In this document: positions 56,523-64,000 of the stretch, in pieces | Numbering within the stretch: the first letter of the stretch is position 1 | How the letters are laid out: the number at the start of each line of letters is the position of its first letter | Virus record (IMG/VR): IMGVR_UViG_3300031555_004162 | Location: 14,478 to 78,477 of that record | DNA length: 64,000 nt | From: a virus | Taxonomy: Duplodnaviria; Heunggongvirae; Uroviricota; Caudoviricetes | Strand: one strand, 5' to 3' | Position numbers and translations under genes: made by a program | Notes under the pieces: generated by a model | Databases searched by the model: none | What the model was told of the DNA's origin: nothing | What the model saw: the letters and a program-made list of their open reading frames with translations, nothing else

Positions 56523-57065
56523 TTATTTACCTGAATTTCCAAATCCAGTATCTCCTCGATTGGTATTCATAATTTCTTCTTTTGTCAAACCAGTTTCTTT
56601 CATATAATCTTCTAGAGATACCCATTCAATGCTGTAAGTTTTATAAATATCTAAACTGCACGGTCTTTCTCCTTTTTCAATGGTAATATCTTTGTCTGTC
56701 ACATTGTACAAAAGAGCATTGATACAACCACGATAATTCAAATCTACATGCGCAGGTCCCACTAATAAACCTTCAAGCCATCTACCACCTCTTGTTCTAC
56801 ATGCAATACCAAAACCTTCAGGAATAATAGTTCCAATACCAAGTGATACTTTAGCTGAACCATGAGCTGGAATCGTTACTGTTTCATGAGCATATGCATC
56901 ATATCCAATATCACCTTCTTTATTTCTCTTAGGAAGCATTAATTCACCATCTCCTGAAAAATCAAGATATGGTACCTGTATTGTATTTTCAGTACAATTC
57001 ATTGTTTCCATCATATGTTCCAATGTTGTTATCCTATTTTCTAATTGTGCTAATACTTTATTCAT
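56523..57065 (-). CDS. dut: dUTPase (trimeric dUTPase family) with ~45-aa N-terminal extension
   Basis: GDIGYDAYA (motif 1), RTRGG (motif 3 RSG-like), GPAHVDLNYRG (motif 4), C-terminal RGDTGFGNSG (motif 5). Confidence 0.75.
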   Translation of the reverse strand: MNKVLAQLENRITTLEHMMETMNCTENTIQVPYLDFSGDGELMLPKRNKEGDIGYDAYAHETVTIPAHGSAKVSLGIGTIIPEGFGIACRTRGGRWLEGLLVGPAHVDLNYRGCINALLYNVTDKDITIEKGERPCSLDIYKTYSIEWVSLEDYMKETGLTKEEIMNTNRGDTGFGNSGK

Positions 57066-57184
57066 ATTATGTACTCTCCTTTGTTTTTTCTTATTTATTA
57101 TAATATGTTATCAGATTAAATATTATTTAAAAGATAATAATTTATATTATGTTTTAATTTAAATGTCTTAGAATGCATTCTGAA

Positions 57185-58465
57185 TTACACGTTTATATAA
57201 TTATTTTTAGCATCTTCTAATAATTGACCATCTCTCCAAATATTAAAACAATGATTTTCAGTGAGATCAATAATATTCTTATTTTTAAATTGTTCTCTTA
57301 CTTTTCTCCAATTTATACCTACATTATCTAAACCTCTTTGATGAATCCATTTAATATATTCTATATGACCAAAATTATTTTTCATTTCCTGTTGTTGCTG
57401 AGTAAATCTTTCTTGAATACTATCAAAATTCATAGTACCCATTGCAACTGAACTGTATGTCATCCATCTAAATTCACAATTTATAAGACCTGCTTCTAAT
57501 CCTCTAATAAGTAAATCTAAATCATCATGTCCATTGCCTATAAGAGTTCTATAATTTAAACCAGACTCTTTAAGTCTCTTTAAATTTAAACAAACAGTTC
57601 CTGTAGGAAGTCCTGATAATAATCTCATTGATTTTTCTACATTTATAAAATCAGGAACCCAACTAAATCCTTGCATCATACCTGTGGTAAACATCACATT
57701 ATATTTTTTAGCAACATATTCCATACCAATCTGCCACATTGCCATAGTTTTTCCAAAGTTTTGTGTAGTAACTCCTTGAGCTTTTGGTTCACCATTTGCT
57801 CTAAACCAAGGAACCGTATGACAAAAATTAGTAATATCATCGTCACACATAAATATAAAATCATATTTCTTAGAAAAAGCATTTACAATTTGTTCTCTAG
57901 TTTTTCCAATGTCATCTATTAATTCATCAGGAAATGCTTTTATATGTATATAATCATTATATTTTATATACTCTGATGCTTCATACAGTTCTTTTTGAGA
58001 TTGTCTCACAATAATATAAATTGGATATTCATAACCAGGAACAACTATGTCTTTAATCCATTTTACAAAACCACAATTAGGTCTATTATATGATGGAATT
58101 ACTATAGGGAATAATCTATCCTTTACAATATCATACGCTGCTTCATAAAGTTTGTTACTCCAACAATCAACTGCTAATAGCTCTTCAGTTGTAACTTTCG
58201 GAGCTTTAACTCTTGGAGTTTTTTCATATTTCATTTTTTTACCTTCAATATATTGCTCTAAAGATATATTTTTTTTATTTAATTCATCTTTTAATTTTAT
58301 TACCTCCTCCCAACATTTTTTACACTTTTCATCGACACAATCATTACATTCTTTATCACAATTTATAACCGCTTCAACATATGAACTCATGTTTGAAATA
58401 TTTTTAGGACATTTAAATTCATTTGCTAAAACATTTAATATTGTGTCAGTTTTTAATTTTGCCAT
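57185..58465 (-). CDS. GT-A fold (family 2-like) glycosyltransferase with Cys-rich N-terminal domain
   Basis: FPIVIPSYNRPN matches the GT2 xxIPxYN start; FMCDDDI fits a DxD motif; the N-terminus has 8 Cys (CDKECNDCVDEKCKKC). Confidence 0.5.
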   Translation of the reverse strand: MAKLKTDTILNVLANEFKCPKNISNMSSYVEAVINCDKECNDCVDEKCKKCWEEVIKLKDELNKKNISLEQYIEGKKMKYEKTPRVKAPKVTTEELLAVDCWSNKLYEAAYDIVKDRLFPIVIPSYNRPNCGFVKWIKDIVVPGYEYPIYIIVRQSQKELYEASEYIKYNDYIHIKAFPDELIDDIGKTREQIVNAFSKKYDFIFMCDDDITNFCHTVPWFRANGEPKAQGVTTQNFGKTMAMWQIGMEYVAKKYNVMFTTGMMQGFSWVPDFINVEKSMRLLSGLPTGTVCLNLKRLKESGLNYRTLIGNGHDDLDLLIRGLEAGLINCEFRWMTYSSVAMGTMNFDSIQERFTQQQQEMKNNFGHIEYIKWIHQRGLDNVGINWRKVREQFKNKNIIDLTENHCFNIWRDGQLLEDAKNNYINV

Positions 58466-58481
58466 TTTTATTCCTCCTTTT

Positions 58482-59204
58482 TTAATATCCCATTTTGTCT
58501 GTTAATGTTTCATCATTTATTATCCAATCATTAACTTCTTTTATAATAAAATTATCATTAGGCCTTGCAAACACCACATATTTAATACCTGCATTAATGA
58601 TTATTTTTTTACACATTTGACACGATTCTAAATTCTCTATAATATTTCCATCAATATCACTTCCATATAAATATAAAGTAGAATCAATCATTTTTTCTCT
58701 TTCAGCATTTATAATTGCATTCATTTCACTATGAACACTTCTACATAATTCATATCTTTCTCCTCTTGGAATATTCATTTGTTCTCTTCTACAATATCCT
58801 AAATCGATACAATTCATAGTTAATCTGGGAGAGCCATTATATCCTGTAGAAATTATAGTGTCATTTTTAACAATAACAGAACCATATTTTTTCCTTAAAC
58901 AGGTAGATCTAGTAGATACTTCTTTTGCAATATTTAAATAATATACATGCTTAGAAGGTCTTTCACATGTTTTATCATTTAATTTGTTGTATTGTTCACT
59001 GCATTTATTGCAATAATGATGTTTTTCATATACATTCCATCCAGATTCATTATATGCACCAACTAAAAGTTTAAAATTATTTATACCTTTAAAAATCATC
59101 TTTTTATCACATATATAACATTTAAAATTTATGCAATTTTCATTTTTATATTTACTATCTAAATATTTTTTATTCAAACTATTTATTAAATCTATATTTT
59201 TCAT
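58482..59204 (-). CDS. dCMP deaminase (cytidine/deoxycytidylate deaminase fold)
   Basis: Zinc-binding HSEMNAI (H[AC]E) and SCQMC (PCxxC) motifs; N-terminal Cys-rich extension. Confidence 0.75.
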   Translation of the reverse strand: MKNIDLINSLNKKYLDSKYKNENCINFKCYICDKKMIFKGINNFKLLVGAYNESGWNVYEKHHYCNKCSEQYNKLNDKTCERPSKHVYYLNIAKEVSTRSTCLRKKYGSVIVKNDTIISTGYNGSPRLTMNCIDLGYCRREQMNIPRGERYELCRSVHSEMNAIINAEREKMIDSTLYLYGSDIDGNIIENLESCQMCKKIIINAGIKYVVFARPNDNFIIKEVNDWIINDETLTDKMGY

Positions 59205-59284
59205 TAAACACTCATTCCTTCATTAATTATAAACTATAATACACAATAAATATAATTGTATTTACGTAATGTTATTATTTCTAT

Positions 59285-61051
59285 TTATGAAATTTCTATA
59301 GAAGATATTTGATTTTTATCTTTAGTAACCGTAATCATATGATCCATTGCTATTTCTTTAATATCTCTATGAGAAATTATAAATGTTGTTTCAACGTCTT
59401 GCATTTCATTACAAATTAAATCTAATATGATATTAAATGATATTTCATCACATCCATCAAATATTTCATCTAATATTAATATATTTGATGAAATAGAATT
59501 CATTAATTGTGCTAAAAATCTCTGAGCAATTATAATAGCTATATCTACTTTTTTTCTTTCACCACCTGATAATTGTTCGTATGTTTTTTCGTTAAGATAA
59601 ATATCTAATTTGTTATCTCCTTCAATAACTATTGTTTCATTTTCAAACAACAAACTTGATAATTCTTTTAATTTTGTATTAAGTCCAATAATGACATTAT
59701 TTAACAAATATGATTTAAAATGTGTTGTAGATAATCTCACACAATGCTGAATTAATGATAATTCTCTATTTAAATCTTTTAATTTATCATTATTTTTATT
59801 TATATTTTCTGCGTATGAACATACTTCATCACTTAGTTCATAAATTTTATTTTGAAATTCAAAAACGTTATTTCTTAAACTTGCAATTTTTGTATCTTTT
59901 TGCAACTCTTGTTCATATTCAGCATGCAATAAATTTAAATTATTTTTTAATTCATTCAATGAACTTGACATACTATTTAATTTAGTATACATGTTATTAG
60001 ATATAATGTTTTGTGTTTCATAATCTTTTTGTTTACATTCTATTTCATTTGTTAATCTTGTGATTTCGTCATTTAATTCAGTGATATGATTTTTTATATG
60101 TTCATTTGATGAATAATCTTCTAATACAGTTCCGCACGTAGGACAAATCTTATTGTTCGAATACTTATTTACTTCTATTTTTAAATTTTTAATTTTATTA
60201 TTATTTTCATCAATTGCATGTTTTAATGTAAATAATAATTGTTGTTGTTTATTAAATTTATCATTCACTGCTTCTTTTTGTGTTTCTAATGTCTTTATTT
60301 TTTTATTAATCTCATCAATATCATTTTGGCTAATATTAGATTTTTGATTAATCAACTCTCTTATTTGTTGTTGTGCATTCACCATCGATTGTTGAGTATC
60401 ATCTGCTAATTTAAGTTGCATATCCATTTTAGCTCTTAATTCAGTCGTAGATAATTCATTATTCTTAATATTATAAATAACTTTACCTTCTTTAGTTTTA
60501 AGATTATTTACGAAATCTTCTAATCTATCATTTATATGATACAATGACTCCAAAAGTTCTTTTCTTTCTTTAGGAGAATAAGTTGCAAATTTATTATTAA
60601 ATCCTTGTGATAAAAATATAATTTGTGAAAATATTTCATTGTCTATTTTTATAATATCTTTTATGATTTTATCTGAATCAGTTTTATTTCTTCCTGAAAT
60701 ATCTTCATTGTTTTTTAAAATAGTTAAATTAGTTTTATATTCTTTATGTTTCTGTGAACGCCGTATGATATAATTAGTATTGTCTACATCAACATTTAAT
60801 TCCACAAAACAGCCATTTTTATAAAATTTATTAACTACATCATTTGTAACTCCTGCTGGAGTTTTACCAAATAAGCACCAACATATACTTGATAATAATG
60901 AAGATTTACCAGCTCCATTAGATTTAGTTTTAGAATCATATTTATTAATACCTTTGATAAAACATGTTCCTAAATTATTAAAAGCAATTTCAGCTTTACC
61001 TAATGATTGAAAGCCTTCTAATCTCATAGAATTGAATTTTAAATTAATCAT
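59285..61051 (-). CDS. sbcC: Rad50/SbcC-like recombination ATPase
   Basis: Walker A GAGKSS near the N-terminus, long coiled coil, CPTCG zinc hook, C-terminal signature LSGGERKKV and Walker B LILDEIFDG. Confidence 0.7.
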   Translation of the reverse strand: MINLKFNSMRLEGFQSLGKAEIAFNNLGTCFIKGINKYDSKTKSNGAGKSSLLSSICWCLFGKTPAGVTNDVVNKFYKNGCFVELNVDVDNTNYIIRRSQKHKEYKTNLTILKNNEDISGRNKTDSDKIIKDIIKIDNEIFSQIIFLSQGFNNKFATYSPKERKELLESLYHINDRLEDFVNNLKTKEGKVIYNIKNNELSTTELRAKMDMQLKLADDTQQSMVNAQQQIRELINQKSNISQNDIDEINKKIKTLETQKEAVNDKFNKQQQLLFTLKHAIDENNNKIKNLKIEVNKYSNNKICPTCGTVLEDYSSNEHIKNHITELNDEITRLTNEIECKQKDYETQNIISNNMYTKLNSMSSSLNELKNNLNLLHAEYEQELQKDTKIASLRNNVFEFQNKIYELSDEVCSYAENINKNNDKLKDLNRELSLIQHCVRLSTTHFKSYLLNNVIIGLNTKLKELSSLLFENETIVIEGDNKLDIYLNEKTYEQLSGGERKKVDIAIIIAQRFLAQLMNSISSNILILDEIFDGCDEISFNIILDLICNEMQDVETTFIISHRDIKEIAMDHMITVTKDKNQISSIEIS

Positions 61052-62169
61052 TTGTTTCCTCCCAACAGTGTAATATACTCATCTATGTTTCCTTTTAAAT
61101 CATCTCTATTTGAAAGAAATTTAATAAACTCAGATTCAATATCTACATCCTTATTTATGTGCATATAATTATCATTCTGGACTTCTTTATTATATGTAAA
61201 TATAAATCTATATTTTATAATATTTGGAATATCTGAAAGGGCTTTTTCAATATCTTCTTTTAAACTAAAATCACATTTAATTTTAACTATTATTTGATTA
61301 TTTGTAGACTTTAAATCTTTACAAACAGATTGTATATCTTCAAGACCATTTATATTATAACTCTTAAATAAAATTGAATGTGGATTTACAAACTGTTCAA
61401 TATCCCCATTATCTGTATCAAATATATAACATGCAGGAACATGATTATTGCTGTCTGCAAAACTATGACTGGTCAATGATCCAACATTATATATCTTTTT
61501 ATCATTTTTATTATATATTAATTCGTGACAATGTATGTGACCATTTATTATTACATCAAAATGTTCAGCTAAATAATCTGTTGGAATATGATTTTCTATT
61601 TTTTTACTACCAAATAAAGTAGATCCATTTATATCTCCATGCATAAATAATATTGCTTTAGAATTTAATCTCGGATATTCTATTAACATTTCATCTACAA
61701 CTTTTATAAAATCTTTAGCTTCTTGAAAATTAACAGCATAACAATCCCAAGCACCGCATGTATCAGATGGATTAGTATTAAAATACATATATTTATCAAC
61801 CAATTGAGTATATCCACATAATTTTAAAAATTCTAAAGAATTAAAAGTGTCATTTAATTTATCATGATTTCCAACAATACTAACATCTAATGAAGGATAC
61901 CATGATAAAATTTCATATGGCTTATATATATCATTTATAGTATGAACCAAAGTATGCATTTCATCAGAACTTATAACATGTGAGTCATATAAATCTCCAC
62001 AATTTACTACTGTGTCTACTTTATTTTTTGCAAATATATCATAAGCCCATTTAATTGATTTTTTACACATATCTAATCTAGTTGTATATATTTCATTTTC
62101 TAAATAAGTAGGCATATTCCCGCTGTTATGTGAAATATGTACATCTGAATAAATTCCTATTTTTGCCAT
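61048..62169 (-). CDS. sbcD: Mre11/SbcD-like nuclease (calcineurin-like phosphoesterase)
   Basis: Motifs GIYSDVH, GDLYDS, GNHD, GHIH; 4-nt overlap with sbcC. Confidence 0.8.
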   Translation of the reverse strand: MAKIGIYSDVHISHNSGNMPTYLENEIYTTRLDMCKKSIKWAYDIFAKNKVDTVVNCGDLYDSHVISSDEMHTLVHTINDIYKPYEILSWYPSLDVSIVGNHDKLNDTFNSLEFLKLCGYTQLVDKYMYFNTNPSDTCGAWDCYAVNFQEAKDFIKVVDEMLIEYPRLNSKAILFMHGDINGSTLFGSKKIENHIPTDYLAEHFDVIINGHIHCHELIYNKNDKKIYNVGSLTSHSFADSNNHVPACYIFDTDNGDIEQFVNPHSILFKSYNINGLEDIQSVCKDLKSTNNQIIVKIKCDFSLKEDIEKALSDIPNIIKYRFIFTYNKEVQNDNYMHINKDVDIESEFIKFLSNRDDLKGNIDEYITLLGGNK

Positions 62170-62187
62170 TTATAAACTTCCTTTCAT

Positions 62188-63489
62188 TTAAAAATCAATA
62201 TTTCTATCTTTAAGTGATTTTTTTATTAAATATTTTCTATTAGATAATTGTTTAGGTGTTATATTTAATGTTCCACATATAGTATCAACATCATACGTAT
62301 TACAATCGTTTAGAAATTGTTTTAATCCTTCTATGTCATCATATTTAATAGTTGGCTGCCAGTTCTTTGGTCTTTTACCTTTTTTCTTATTTTTATCAGA
62401 GACTAATAGTTTATCATTATTCATTTCATTTTTAGTGTCTACCTCTGGTTTATTTTTTTCGTTATCTATTAAATCTTTATAATTAATACCTTTTCTTTTT
62501 AAAAATGATTGTATTGCACTTTTTTTATCATAAAGTTTTTGAATATTTTCTAAGTTGTATTTTTTCATACAAGATGCTTTACTCATACTATAATAATCTT
62601 TTATAAATTGTGTTGAAAATTCAATTGTATATCTTACCGTGTTTGCTTTTCTATTATCTTTTTTCTCAATATCTTCTTCTTTGATTGCTTCATTTGAAGA
62701 TTTAATTGATTGTTCAAATATATTTTTCGCAGGAGTTAATGTATTTCCAATAGATTTGTATAAATATATTAAAGAATTTAAAATATCATCTAATTTTTTA
62801 GAATTAGCAACATATAAATCTTTTACTATTTTTAAATCCTCATGAAATGAAACGGTTGACTTATTTGTTTCATCTATCATTGATTTTAAGTTGGTTATAT
62901 TATCATTTGTGGTTATAAACTTATTTTGTATGTCTGTAAAAGAATTAATATAATTAACAGTGTCTCTACTATTCACATTGTTAACGTGTTCTTCATATTT
63001 AGTAAATTTATCTTCAATATATTTATCAAACTTAGCAGTTTTTTGTTTGATAATTAAATTTAAAGTAGATTCCAGTTTATTTAAAAAATCAAGAGAAGAT
63101 AATTCCCGTTCTGATATATTTAAATCAAATTCTACAGCAAGGGCTATATCTATTTTTTTCATAACTAATTCAGATAATCTACCTATATATTCACCTAAAT
63201 CATGTTTATTAATACACCTACATTGTTCTAATAAAATTACTTGCGGTCTACCTTCAAATTCATAATAAACTTGATATGGTCCTACTGAAGATTTAGGTCT
63301 GGTGGTTATAGGAGCTATAGTTACTACATCACCTTTTTTATTTCCTATATCATTTGATATAATAACTACTGGTCTTTTTTTACCTTCAATTCTATTAGGT
63401 TGTATATCTCCTAAATCATAATAATAAACATTTCCTCTACTAAATACGTCCAACATTAATCTTTCTCCTTTGTATAACAATTTATCCAT
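62188..63489 (-). CDS. 433-aa protein with an N-terminal MazF/PemK-like domain fused to an uncharacterised C-terminal region
   Basis: Residues ~15-125 (GNVYYYDLGDIQPNRIEGKKRPVVIISNDIGNKKGDVVTIAPITTRPKSS..PYQV......RPQVILLEQCRCINKHDL...IGRLSELVMKKI) align with the Kid/PemK and MazF toxin core. Confidence 0.55.
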   Translation of the reverse strand: MDKLLYKGERLMLDVFSRGNVYYYDLGDIQPNRIEGKKRPVVIISNDIGNKKGDVVTIAPITTRPKSSVGPYQVYYEFEGRPQVILLEQCRCINKHDLGEYIGRLSELVMKKIDIALAVEFDLNISERELSSLDFLNKLESTLNLIIKQKTAKFDKYIEDKFTKYEEHVNNVNSRDTVNYINSFTDIQNKFITTNDNITNLKSMIDETNKSTVSFHEDLKIVKDLYVANSKKLDDILNSLIYLYKSIGNTLTPAKNIFEQSIKSSNEAIKEEDIEKKDNRKANTVRYTIEFSTQFIKDYYSMSKASCMKKYNLENIQKLYDKKSAIQSFLKRKGINYKDLIDNEKNKPEVDTKNEMNNDKLLVSDKNKKKGKRPKNWQPTIKYDDIEGLKQFLNDCNTYDVDTICGTLNITPKQLSNRKYLIKKSLKDRNIDF

Positions 63490-63600
63490 TTTATTAACTT
63501 CCTATATAATATAATAGCAGTAATATAAGTTTATTATTTAATAATTCATAAATTTATAATTATACTTATATTTCTTATAATTCTATTTATACAAAAAATA

Positions 63601-63621
63601 AAGCGATGAAAAACATCGCTT
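63601..63621 (-). terminator. rho-independent terminator
   Basis: aagcgatg-aaaaa-catcgctt hairpin followed by a T-run on the minus strand. Confidence 0.45.
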
Positions 63622-63823
63622 TATAATAAATATGTGTTATATAATTTATTTTCAAGAAATTTAGGAATTTTTATTTTCTTAATTGTTATATAATTCCTAT
63701 AATTTTCATCTTTAATTCTATATTTTACGTTTTTGTGTAACACTGTTTTTGTGTTTATATCAAAATATCTTCGATTAAATACCAAACATTTTATCATATT
63801 TGCAAACTCCCAATTATATCAAT

Positions 63824-64000
63824 TTATTATGTAATTGTTTCATATGTTTCTTTACCATTCCTGCCCAATCAGAACCATCGGGACAGTATTTTGATTCAAT
63901 AGAGTCAATTGAAGTTCTAGAGCCATAGCTATTATGTATTAATTTTCCAAAATACATTATACATTCATGTTGGCTACTAAATTTCATCCACCCTGACTTT
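63824..64000 (-). CDS. hypothetical protein, C-terminal fragment (N-terminus lies beyond the window edge)
   Basis: Open frame to the window end, stop at 63824-63826; ...GWMKFSSQHECIMYFGKLIHNSYGS... Confidence 0.4.

Noticed and set aside
2002-62845. All plus-strand ORFs in the six-frame track (e.g. 2002..2205, 3090..3305, 5703..5954, 11147..11464, 13175..13396, 13393..13686, 14878..15162, 20660..20959, 26337..26525, 31293..31544, 41737..41988, 44468..44722, 46155..46376, 48451..48732, 51783..52043, 52578..52844, 57671..57922, 58152..58505, 59755..59985, 61374..61622, 62639..62845, 62960..63265)
   Set aside because: Each lies entirely inside a better minus-strand gene. They are I/L/F/S/Y-rich low-complexity translations typical of antisense frames in AT-rich DNA, and none has a Shine-Dalgarno site. 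The plus-strand ORFs at 31293..31544 read through the promoter repeats, and those at 51783..52043 and 52578..52844 are antisense of the flotillin Ala/Glu repeats.

Overview
Strongly AT-rich 64-kb window in which essentially every credible gene lies on the minus strand, tightly packed, with Firmicute-style AGGAGG ribosome-binding sites and sigma-A-like promoters (TTTACA-N17-TGTTATAAT). I read it as part of a large virulent phage of a low-GC Gram-positive host, possibly an endospore former given the SpoVG, SpoIIID and HU homologs. Positions 1 to about 35000 hold dozens of small early-type ORFs of unknown function. These include a tandem family of five proteins sharing an N-terminal dodecapeptide (MNLFENLQxMKE), many CxxC zinc-ribbon proteins, two HAD phosphatases, a GNAT-like protein, a P-loop kinase and a secreted 3D-like protein. 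Positions 31600 to 47300 hold RtcB RNA ligase, HU, SpoVG, a cytosine-5 methyltransferase-like protein, a SpoIIID-like regulator, RecA, a P-loop ATPase, ThyX and an HD hydrolase. Positions 47500 to 64000 hold an 865-aa coiled-coil protein, a flotillin/SPFH protein, a tRNA cluster (tRNA-Leu-UAA, tRNA-Gln-UUG and an aberrant tRNA-like RNA), dUTPase, a GT-A glycosyltransferase, dCMP deaminase, Rad50/SbcC and Mre11/SbcD homologs, and a 433-aa protein with an N-terminal MazF/PemK-like domain. Many ORF-track starts are over-extended, and I corrected them to the ATG preceded by an AGGAGG-type site. All plus-strand ORFs look like antisense shadows. Functional calls rest on motifs I can read directly in the translations; no database search was possible.
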